Shown here piece by piece: positions 27,600-39,860 of a stretch of DNA of 64,000 nt (positions are counted from its first letter, which is position 1; every line of letters starts with the position of its first letter). The DNA is from the human T2T-CHM13v2.0 reference genome, Homo sapiens. The position numbers and the translations under genes were made by a program. The stretch is from assembly GCF_009914755.1 (NCBI RefSeq), contig NC_060933.1. One strand, 5' to 3'. The notes under the pieces were generated by a model that saw only the letters and a list, made by a program, of their open reading frames with translations, did not search any database and had not been told where the DNA came from.

Positions 27600-29457
27600 A
27601 TAACTTAATTTTATTTTAAGTTCCAGTATACACATGCAGGACGTGCAGGTTTGTTAATAGATAAATGTGTGCTGTGGTGGTTTGCTGCACCTATCAACCC
27701 ATCACCTAGGTATTAAGCCCCACATGCATTAGCTATTTATCCTGATGCTCTCCCTTCTGCTCCCACCCCCACCCCCACGACAGGCCCCAGTGTGTGTTGT
27801 TCCCCTCCCTGTCCATATGTTCTCATTGTTCAGCTCCCACTTATAAGTGAGAAATGCAGTGTTTGGTTTTCTGTTCCCGTGTTTGTTTGCTGAGGATAAT
27901 GACTTCCAGGTCCATCCGTGTCCCTGCAAAGGACATGATTTTGTTCTTTTTTATGGCTGCATAGTATTCCATGGTGTATATGTACCATGTTTTCTTTATC
28001 CAGTCTATCATTGATTGGCATTTGGGTTGATTCCATGTCTTTGCTATTGTGAATAGTGCTGCAGTGAACATACGCATGTATGTATCTTTATAATAGAATG
28101 ATTTATATTCCTTTGGGTATATACCCAGTAATGGGATTTCTGGGTCAGATGGTATTTCTGATTGTAGGTCTTTGAGGAATTGCTACACTGTCTTCCACAA
28201 TGGTTGAACTAATTTACATTCCCACCAACACTGCAAAAGTGTTCCTGTTTCTCGACAGTCTCACCAGCATCTGTTGTTTCTTGACTTTTTAATGATCACC
28301 ATTCTAACTGGTGTGAAATGGTATCCCATTGTGGTTATAATTTGCATTTCTATAATGATCAGTGATGATGAGCTTTTTTTCTTGTTTGTTGGCAGCATAA
28401 ATGTCTTCTTTTGAGAAGTACCTGTTCATGTCCTTTGCCCACTTTTTAATAGGTTTTTTTTTTTCTTGTAAATTTAAGTTCCTTGCAGATTCTGGATATT
28501 AGCCCTTTGTCAGATGGATAGATTGCAAAAATTTTCTCACATTTTGTAGGTTGCCTGTTTACTCTGATCATAGTTTCTTTTGCTGTGCAGAAGCTCTTTA
28601 GTTTAATTAGATCCCATTTGTCAATTTTTGCTTTTGTTGTGATTGCTTTTGACATTTTCATCATGAAATCTTTGCCCATGCCTATGTCCTGAATGGTATT
28701 GCCTAGATTTTCTTCTATGAGTTAATTTTTGTATAAGGTATAAAGAAGGGGTCCAGTTTCAATTTTCTGCATATGGCTAGCCAGTTCTCCCAGCATCATT
28801 TATTAAATAGGGAATCCTTTCCCCATTGCTTGTTTTTGTCGGGTTTGTTGAAGATCAGATGGTTATAGATATGTGGTCTTATTTCTGAGATCTCTATTCT
28901 GTTCCATTGTTCTACATGTCTGTTTTTGTACCACTATCATGCTGTTTTGGTTACTGTAGCCTTGTAGTATAGTTTGAAGTCAGGTAGCGTGATGCCTCCA
29001 GCATTGTTCTTTTTGCTTAGGATTGTCTTGGCTATATGAGCTCTTTTATGGTTCCATATGAATTTTAAAGAAGTTTTTTCTAATTCTGTGAAGAATGTTC
29101 ATGATAGTTTAATGGGAATAGTATTGAATCCATAAATTACTCTGGGCAGTATGACCATTTTCACGATGTTGATTCTTCCTATCCATGAGCATGGAATGTT
29201 TTTCCATTTGTTTATGTCCTGTTTGATTTTCTTGAGCAGTGGTTTGTAGTTCTTCTTGAAGAGATCCTTCACTTCCCTTGTTGGCTATATTCCTAGGTAT
29301 TTTATTCTTTGTAGCCATTGTGAATGGGAGTTCATTAATGATTTAGCTCTCTGCTTGTCTATTGTTGTGTATAGGAATGCTTGTGATTTTTACACATTGA
29401 TTTTGTATCTTGAGACTTTGTTGAAGTTGCTTGTCAGCTTAAGAAGCTTTTGGGCTG
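27600..29457 (-). mobile_element. L1PA (mid-age), 3' about 1.9 kb, 5'-truncated, ORF2 broken
   Basis: ORF2 peptides [25 protein letters not shown] and YTMEYYAAIKK; 20-bp TSD TCTCTCT(G/C)CTATTTTCTTTC at 27261-27280 and 29458-29477. Confidence 0.95.
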
Positions 29458-32400
29458 TCTCTCTCCTATTTTCTTTCCTCCTTCCCCCACCTTTCAACTG
29501 TACAGCTTTTAGTAAAGTGTTTGAATGGCGTTGATTAATCTCCAGGCTTTGAAATGTTGTGATAACCCAAAGGGAGAGAGAAAAGATGTGCTCCCCTAAC
29601 CTATGCCATCAGCTGACAAGATATTTCAGAAGGGAGTTCCTGTGCTCTATGGAAATCCATGGGCATGGATTTATGTCATCAGGGTTCTTGTTTCAGGTCC
29701 CTTACAATCATGTGACTGGGTTAAGTCACTTAACCCCACTATGCCTCAGTCTCCCTGGTAAAAAAAAATGGATGATTCTTCCATGGGACAGTTTGGTGGC
29801 ATTAAGGAAACAATGGGTAGAAACAGTTTATTTTGCACAAAACATGAAAAAAATTAAATAGTTGTATTTTAAAAATTATTATAACCAGTGATTTCTCTAC
29901 CCATTGGAAGTCAGAGTACCTGAAAAACAACCATCAACATCTACATTATTTATGCCTTAGCTTTGTGACAAAACTTCATTGGTCTGTCATAAACCTAGGT
30001 CCAGATGCTCCTAACTGTAAATGACATAGGATTATTTTCTTCCTCTTTCCAGACTGAGAACTCTTGAACTAGAGCTTGCTTTTCTGCTTTCTCCTAGGTG
30101 TTTAGGCCCTGGAAAACAGGATTACCAATTATTCTTTGACTAAAAGAGCAGTGAATACAGTCATTAATTCTGTAAATCACTCCGGAGCACCTACTCTGGG
30201 CAAGGCACTAGCATAGCCACTGTGGGGACTAGAGAAACTTGGAGACCCGACCTTGGCCTCCTGGATCTCCGGGAAATCTAATTAGATCCTCAGCCTCCCT
30301 CTAGCCTATAGTCTCAGTCTTTATCCTCTACTTTTCTTCACTCTGATACTGAGCTGCTAAGTATTTAATATTAAACTGAACAAAATCTTTAAAGAGTAAA
30401 GCAGGTGCCAGAAATTTGACAGCCCTTCCTCAAGTCACCGATGCTCAGTAGGGTTGTTGGGAACTGTGGTCAAGGCCAACTCTCATTTTAGTGCTAAGGG
30501 CCCAAATGTGCCAGGGTGGAACCCTTTTGGGGGCAGAGGGCCGAGGAGTGGAGAGAGAGAACTGGTGATAGGTACCTTCCTTGGGTCCAGTAAACACATC
30601 ATATTTCCGTGAACATTGACACAACAGACTCCAGGGTGAGCCATCCAAAACACACAGCATGAAAGAAGGAAGCTTGGTGGGGGAGATTCGCTGCTCCTGG
30701 GTCTTCAGACTGAGAAAGTGTCAGGCTTGATGACAGTGATGAAAATGTGTTTTCTCTCTCCTTCTCTGAGCCTCAGCCCCAGGGCTCCTCTAATTGACTG
30801 TGGTGGGCATGGATTACGTGTTCAGGGTGAGGGAGGCCCAGTGAAGTGACTTGGCACTCCTCTGCGACACACATGGAGACTGCCAGGAAGCTGGGAGCTG
30901 GGGCACCGCTCGCCTTCCCGTAGGGCTGGCGTAGGACCGACGGGAGCTCCAGCCGGTGCACTCATTCATCAGGCCTTCTTCCAGATTTTTATGTGCTATG
31001 ACCCGCAAGTTTTGTCGAGTACCACCTCACTGGAAGCCCCGACAGTGGTTTCTGAGGTGAGGGAATAGCACTCAAATTGAGAAAACATTCGGTTTGCCTC
31101 AGGCAACTGGATTTAGGGGAGAAAATGCCAATCCCTTTCCCTTTGCCCGGGGATTTTGGACAGCATTTTTCCCTGAGGCCGAAAGGCATGCTTTTCCCCC
31201 ACCCTGACCAAAGTAGCTGTTTGCTAAATATTTCAGAGGGTGATGATGGTGTTTAAGAGCTGCCACAATTCCAGTGTTTTTGGTTGCAAAACACCCCTGC
31301 CCTTTCTGCCAAGTGTAAGGTTACAGTTCAGGAAAAAGGAAAATATAATGAAAACACCAAGTCAGAGACCTTCCCCCAAGGCAGTCCCTTATCATTTCTC
31401 TCTGTTGTGTGTGGGGCCCACATTGCGGGTCTTCATTCACACTCCTCCTCACCAACAACTTCATGCTACTTATTTATTTATGTATTTTGAACTCATTTTA
31501 GGATTTAAAAACATAGGTTAACCTCAAGGGGACAGAATACACTTATGCAAACTTCACTCATTTCCCTAAAGGTTGCATATTTATCTTGTAACAACAGAAA
31601 GAAAAGACTAATTTTTACCCATCTCCCTTTGATTCATAAAGCTAGAGCTTGCCAACATAACAATTGGTCACCCCTTGACTTCTAAGATTTTAAATTCTGA
31701 CAGTGAAGAGATTGAAAGATGCTGGAAAGATTTAAAAAACATAGAACTGAAGCTCCCAGAGTATTGAGAATGCCTCTTACTTAAAAAGAGAAAGCGCAAA
31801 ATGGATGAAATGAAAACTCCTGGTACCCAGCTCTGAACTTACAGGCTCAAACCATTCCCCCTCCCTGAGTTTTCCCACTGTGATCAAAACCATAGCAGTA
31901 GGAGCCGTGGAAATTTAGAAACAATAGCCATTGCCATTTATATTTAAATAGCTAGGAGAAGACAGTATGTGCAATGGAGCTGAATTAGTCACAAGGGAAG
32001 AGTGTTTCTCTCCATAGAAATATAGCTTTCATGACCATTGCTTATGAGCTATGGAATTAAGTGGTGTGTTATATTGAGAAGCAAGATGCTGACATGCTTT
32101 TTGATATTTAGCAGATCACCCTATGTCCTCTGCTTGGAGAAATAATGAGAACGCCCTTTCCTTTGCCAGCATTTGCCTCTTTTTTATACTAATCTCAGCT
32201 GAATTGAACAATTTCTCTACTCTGTACAAAATAAAGCTCCTCTTTGTATTCACTTGATATACAACTTGAGGGCATCCAATTTTTGCAAATACAGATCTGG
32301 GAATATCTGAAATGATTTAGGCACAGATTTGTGGGATTGGTCAAAGAACAAAAACCCATTAAGTGATTAATGCTTTGTTTTAAGGTGAAATTGTCATTCT

Positions 32401-32939
32401 TGCAGTTATCTAAAACTTCAACAATACTAAGACCAGAGTGATGTAACATATATTTACTTTAAATGTTGAATAGATTTTATTAATTACCTTGCCTTGGCTT
32501 TCGAATTGCTTAGAGGATGATTATTCAAAAGACAAATAAATGTAGAATGAAGTCATGCCACTGTGTTTTTCATGCAGTGATGATTTTGACCCTGGAGTGA
32601 AGCTGGGGGGAATTCTTTGTTGTCCCAGTTCAATCTCTGAATTAAGACTGCATTTAATCAAATGGTATGAATTTAACCCCAGGTGGCATTCAGACAGTAG
32701 AATTTGTTTTAGGTACTTTAGAATTTGTTTCCTTTTAATACATGAGCAATCGAAATTGTTTGCAAATTTCCTCTTATTGATTAAATGAGATGTCCTAAAG
32801 TTTAAAATGTAAGAACCTGAAATACAAGTTAGAAAATGGAAGGTTTGGGGATATAATCTTTCCATTCAACAAGTATTTAATGAGTTCTCATCACTGGCTT
32901 TTCCTGTTAATACCCAACCCCCTACTTCATGTTGGGTGC

Positions 32940-33008
32940 ATACACACAGACACCACACACACACACACACACACACACCTTTTTCTCTCTTTTCCCTCTC
33001 TCTCTCTT
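32940..33008. repeat. (CA)n followed by (CT)-rich tract
   Basis: Direct read. Confidence 0.9.
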
Positions 33009-33334
33009 TACATCAACTAAGTTCTTTTTACCCTCTAGAAAGCATCTTGGCATGGCTAGGAATAAGGGAGCTATCCTTTTTTTTCCCCAGAGGACAAATT
33101 AAACTTGTCCCAAAGAACAAATTTACTTGAGACAAATATAAAATAAGTGTCTTGCCTTTGAGAGATTTTCAGCAAGTTTTGGGAGCGACATCATCAATGG
33201 AAAAATGAGCCTGAAGTCTTTGAAATTATCTTTCCTGCAAGGATAAAGTAAAGCCAAAAAAAAAAATTGTCCTTACAAGTTGTGAAAAAACAGTTGCTTA
33301 TGGGTATTATTACTAGCAGCCAAGATGGGTAGTC

Positions 33335-33482
33335 TTAAATTTAAATGTTTAAAATATTAAATACTTTATTCAATATTTATGTTATTATGTTGTAATGTTA
33401 ATATTTTTATTAAATATTAATATTTAATATCAAAATATTAAAATTCAAATGTTTAATCATATTTAATATTTAAATGTTAAAG
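33335..33482. repeat. AT-rich low-complexity tract containing a 44-bp near-perfect palindrome
   Basis: TATTAAATATTAATATTTAATA (33408-33429) is a perfect palindrome. Confidence 0.85.
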
Positions 33483-33879
33483 AAATATCCCCTAATTTAT
33501 CAGTTTGGCACCTTTTTTCCACTTAGCTGTAAGAGTTGGTTGACAGTCATTTCTATGCTCTTTGTATTTTCCCCTATGTAAGTACTTTTAAATTCATACT
33601 TCTTTTGCTGTGTGCTTTGATTATGGACTTGGCATTGACCATTGAAATGCTGGAGATGTCTTTTATTAGTCTGGGAGAATGCATCACTTAACGTCATAGG
33701 TTTCATTGAGTTGATTCAAACCTAGGCCTTTGCAGTTTATGAAACAACTGCTCATATCTATTTCTAGAGTCATATGTTTGTTTATAACTGCTTTATTTAT
33801 AATTGCCAAAAATTGGAATAAACCAAATTGTTCTTTAATGGGTGGATGGATAAACATACATACAATGAAATTTTTTGTT

Positions 33880-34046
33880 AACTATTATTTTAAGTTCAGG
33901 GGTACTTGTGCAGGATGTGCAGCTTTGTTACGTAGGTAAACGTGTGCCATCCATGTCGGCTCACTGCACAGATCATCCCTTCACCTTGGTATTAAATCCA
34001 GCATCCATTCACTGTTCTTCCTGACACTCTCCCGCCCCCCACCCGC
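33880..34046 (-). mobile_element. Short L1PA 3' end
   Basis: TTTTAAGTTCAGGGGTACTTGTGCAGGATGTGCAG..GGTAAACGTGTGCCAT. Confidence 0.8.
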
Positions 34047-34173
34047 CACATATTTCCAGGTTCTTGACCTGTGTTAGCACCTACTTTGTTCTTCCGTGTT
34101 TATCCATTTTAATTGTACCCACTGTCTTTTTTGCTTCTGAGATTTTATCTCTTTCCTTCTGAGATTTTGTCTC

Positions 34174-34243
34174 TTGAGATGGAGCCATTTCCTCCCGTCT
34201 TACCAGTAAGACAGGTAAGGTGGAGGAAATGGCTCCATCTCAA
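34174..34243. repeat. Perfect 22-bp inverted repeat with 26-nt spacer
   Basis: TTGAGATGGAGCCATTTCCTCC (34174-34195) and GGAGGAAATGGCTCCATCTCAA (34222-34243). Confidence 0.95.
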
Positions 34244-34273
34244 AAGATAAAAATATGTACAAGAGTGGGTTTC

Positions 34274-34623
<350 letters not shown>

Positions 34624-35515
34624 TAGAATTATGTAAAGAAAGATCATATCCTTCATTAATATTTTTACATGTTGTTCATTGCTAGTAATATAATCATCCT
34701 TGTGCTACCATCTATCTGTTGTTGAAATACGAAACATTTTGTAACTTGACAGGATTAAGCCTAAATTTTTGGCTCCTTTTTTTCCACTCCCTTCTATTTA
34801 AAATTTCCTATTTTTTCTTTTAATAAGGAGAAAATTTAGACATCCCTACCAAGAAATGTATTTACAAGGTAAAAATATCCATTCACCTTACCTATTTCTT
34901 GAGGGCATGTTGTCAAGCATCGTCTTTGGTACTAGGGATCTAAAACCTAGTTTCTTTTGCCCCAAGCCAGCCGTGGAAACATGCAATTAAAACACAAGTT
35001 ACTAAGTACTTTGGGAGCTTGCAATTGTGAAGCACATTGTAAGTGTGACCCTGTTAACAATACAGGTAATTCCATTTTACAAATGAGAGTATAGAATACC
35101 AAGAAGTTATGTGATTTGCCCAAGTGGCCAGACTAGTGATTGGTAGTCCTCTACCATGAACTTGAGTAGTATGTTTTCCCAGTTTGTTCTACACTGCCCA
35201 TCTGTGGCAGAGTCTAGCCTAGCTCTGGGCACAGAGGGAATCATGCTGCTACAGTAGGTGTAAAGATCACACACAGGATGTTTTTAGATGTTTTAATAGC
35301 TCCAGAAAGAATTACTTTGTTTTTATAAAACCGAATTTAATGTTAAATTGTTTAGCAAGATTCATCCAACAACTGATATTATTTCTTTTTTCATAGAGTT
35401 TCAGAGGCGTTAATACCCAAAATCAAAGGATTAAGTCACTGTGTCTTCTGATTCCTAGTACAATGATCTACATACATCTGATGGTGCACTAAGTTGAATT
35501 TTAGGCTTTGTTTGA

Positions 35516-35812
<297 letters not shown>

Positions 35813-35910
35813 TAGAGATTATTTTATAATTTATCTGCTGTTTAGATGGCAGCATTGATTGAATCTGTGATTTTTACTCCATAATTTAATTGAAAAGACA
35901 GATGTTCATC

Positions 35911-36324
35911 AAAGCCGTCTAAAAAAAAAACCAGTTCATACTGGCTAGCATCACAAGGGTACTACCTCCAGATCTGGGCAAGAGGGTTTTTGCCTAGGGC
36001 CTCATGCTTTAGAGGGCCTTGCTTGATCCCTCTTTCAGCTGAGTTTATCACCATTAGCTGAGAAGTTGGTGGAGTTGTGGGGACAAGTTCAGCTGGAACC
36101 TGTATCCCCCTTCTAGATTATATTCCAGGTAATCAGGAGCCCACAGTTAGTCGACCAGATGGCTGGGGTTCTGCTTCCATGATTTGAGTGAGCTTCTTTC
36201 TTTGTCTGTCCACTGGAGGGCGAATGCAATACTGGTAGGCCTGAGGGATTGCAATAGGCATCTGTAGCTCATGGATGAACTGTAAACAAAAATACAAAGG
36301 TACACAGTTGTTCTAGACGGCTTT
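35911..36324. mobile_element. Probable old DNA-transposon relic (hAT-Tip100-like)
   Basis: Inverted ends AAAGCCGTCTA/TAGACGGCTTT and CAGTTCAT/ATGAACTG; family assignment uncertain. Confidence 0.35.
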
Positions 36325-38216
36325 TGCATTAGCTGGTCACATTGCCCGTAATATCTTCTTTGAGAAATCTGCACAGATGGTTTCTCATTATTCAAAATTC
36401 TATTAAAATATCACATCTTTCAAAGAGGCCTTTCTTGACCACCTTACTTGAAATAATCCCTTCCTCCATAATCACTTTCTACCTCCTTACATTATTTACT
36501 TTTTGCATCATTTAACTTTTTCATCAATAACTATGAAAGTCAGTTGGCTGTTTTGTTCACTGCCATCCTGTAGTTTATCCAGAGAGTGCCTCCCACATAG
36601 GAGCTACTCAATAAATATTTTTAGCATGAACAAAAGTAAATGAAAGGGTCTTGAGGGTGGAAAGCACATTTTACTGCTTTGATTGGATATAACCATTTCT
36701 TTTTCACATTCACATTTCATCTTATCAAAACTGAAGAAAAGAAACAAGCAACAAATAGGAAAATCAAATTTTTAGAAGTAGGTGCATAATAGGGGAATAG
36801 CTTAAGGGGAGAACTATGATGTTAATTCTTTGAAAGTGAGTAATGTAATTAGAACAATAACACTATGAGTTTTTCTATAAATAAAATATAGCAAGATTAA
36901 GTTGATAACATACATTTCTAAAATTTTGGCTTCCTTAGAGAAAGCCAACCAAATATAAAATTTTACAGCAGAGTCAAGTTTTTTCAGTTTGGCCTATATT
37001 TTCTTTGGTAACACTGTTCTGAATGTATATGCAGTGTTTATTTCACAACTTCCCTCTGAATGACCTTTCAAAAATTAATGATTCTTCACATTCATGACCA
37101 GATGTTTTCTCTGATGGAAGCATCTGATGTTTGCAGTCATCAAATAAGATTCAAAATGTCTGTTTCAAGCAAATCAAGTAAAACTTCTCCATCACATCAA
37201 AAGTAAGGCTTTATTTGGTTCACAAGTAGCTATATGAAATAAACAGAATTTAAACGATCTTAATAATTTTTTTCTTTAAAAAGGTGACAAAATAACAATG
37301 CCAATATTTAAAAACTCCTCATTAATGATAAGTTGCTAGATGGAACACAATGTAAAGTATGGAAAATCCTTGTCTAACAAATGCTTTTGCTAAATTCTCT
37401 GATTTTTTTTTTTTTCTCACCAGTTAGCTTTGATGTTTTGATCAGAGTTTTTAGAAAATTTCTAGGATCTGTTGCCTTTGGACTTTAGAGCTTCTTGGAG
37501 CCACATGTCAGTACTAAAACGTTTTCTTAAGCCCTCGCTTTCCATAGCAAAAACATGTTATGTCCATTACCACCTAACTCATACTTAAAAACAACACCCA
37601 AGATGCTCTATTTTGTTTTCAAAGTCAGAGAAGAAAATAGAGGGGAAGTATTTTTATGTTCTTTTCCCTGAATTGGTCGAAGCTAGTTAGTTCAAAAAAG
37701 ATACAAAATATGGAATACCACCTATTTTATTTCCTGGCAACTGTTTCATTCAAATCATAGAGTAACATATGATTTACTACACTCCTTTATGAATATTAAT
37801 CTCGTATCTTCACAGAATGACTTAATATCATTGATCAGCTAGAACATCGACCTCACCTGTCTGTTGTTTTTAACGAAATGTTTATTCCTAGTCAAACCAC
37901 ACAATTAGACTCTCTAGATAAAATTTCAAAGCTGGAAGAAAGAGAGTAGAGGACACATTTAGTATGCCTTCCCTCATTTTACAGATAAAAGAGGCCCACA
38001 AAGTTTTTTGCAAGATCACATAGGTGACTGGTAGCTAATCTAAGATAATAACCAAGCTCTTTCCAAATCCAACTCCTTTTTATTACTTTACCCAATTTTC
38101 TTAATATTTAAGTTGTGTTGGAATATAATATAAAATCATCTAAGGCACTTTTTATGTATTATTTTTTCTCACTAACTGCTTTTTAAAGAAATACATTGTG
38201 ATTTAGACTTGTAGTC

Positions 38217-38518
<302 letters not shown>

Positions 38519-38519
38519 T

Positions 38520-39860
38520 AGTCATATTTGAAATTGTTTTTTGATTGTATGATAGTGTGTATAGGTAACATATTCCCATGGATCAAAAGTAACAAGATTT
38601 AAAAGGGCATGCAGTAGAAGGCCTCCCTCTTATCTCTGTATCCAGCCACTAGTTTTCTACCTAGAAAGCAACCAGTTTATCAGGTTTTTTGTGTATAATC
38701 ACTTTAGAGAGATGCCAAAAATATAGTATCCCTTTAAACCATTTGTAACTTGCATTTTTTTTCCATTTTAACTGTATCATGGAGATGATTCTCTGTCAGT
38801 ACATTAAGACCATTTCATTCTCTTTTATGGTTGTATTGTACTTTACTCCATCATACAGATATGCTTTCATTTATTATATTAATCTCTATTGATATATATT
38901 TAGGTTGTTTACAATTTTTAGTTCTTACTGGCAGTGTTTTAGTAAATAACCTCGCACATTCACGTGTGTACATAGGTAGGATAAACTCCTAAAAATAGAA
39001 TTACTTCTTTCGTCCTTTTTAAAGGAATTGTTTAATTATCCTCCATAGAGTTGTACACGTTTCCATTCCCCTCACCATTATGTGAGAATGAACCTTTTCC
39101 CATGCCCCCACTAACAGTATGTTATCAACCTTTAGACTGTTTGTATCTGAAAGGTGAAAAGTGATATCTCAGTTTGGTTTCATTTGCTTTTGTCTTAATA
39201 TGCATGAGGCTAAGTGTATTGTATATGTTTAAGAACCTGATTTACCTTTCCAGAAGTTTCTCTACCCCTATCTTTTGCTGCTTTTCCTGTTGAATTGTTC
39301 TCTTACTAATTGTTGAAACTGTCTCTATATTAGGGAGATAGACTTTTGTTATGGTAAGAGCTATACACTTTTGCCCAGTTTGTCTTTTACCTTCCCTGTG
39401 GTGCTTTTTTTTTTTTTTTTTGGCCATGTCGTTCACATTATTTTTATGTAGTTAAATTAGTCAAAGTTTCTAAATCATCTTTTTGGTTTGAATTATACTT
39501 AGATACAATCTTGCACTCTGAGATTAGTGTTAAACATCTCTCATATTTCTTAAAGTACCTTTACATTTAAATATCTGATTCATTCGTTCTGACCTAAGAC
39601 ATGAGAAATGGCTTCAGCTTTATTTTTTTTCCAGTTGGTTGTTGTTCCAACCAATGTGTTCCAAAACATTTATGAAGTAATTTTTTTCCCTACTGATTTA
39701 GAATAATACCATTATCATATACTGTATTCTTACATGTTTTGGGTCAATTTCTTGACTTTCTATGCTATTACATTGGTATATCTGTAGACATTTGCTACTA
39801 GTATGTGTTTTAATTATTATAATACTTTTTAATATCTAAAGGGCTGATTCCCTATCACTG
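38520..39860 (-). mobile_element. Old L1M (L1ME-like) fragment
   Basis: T-rich L1M text, e.g. GGTGAAAAGTGATATCTC..TTTCATTTGC; approximate limits. Confidence 0.65.

Noticed and set aside
27729-29534. ORFs with real protein similarity (also 5164-5430 and 56505-56753)
   Set aside because: Broken L1 ORF2 fragments in truncated elements with no promoter or intact frame.
36690-37920. Repeat-poor AT-rich stretch that reads like a 3'UTR or retrocopy
   Set aside because: I found no TSD, poly(A) tail or ORF and cannot support it without a BLAST search.
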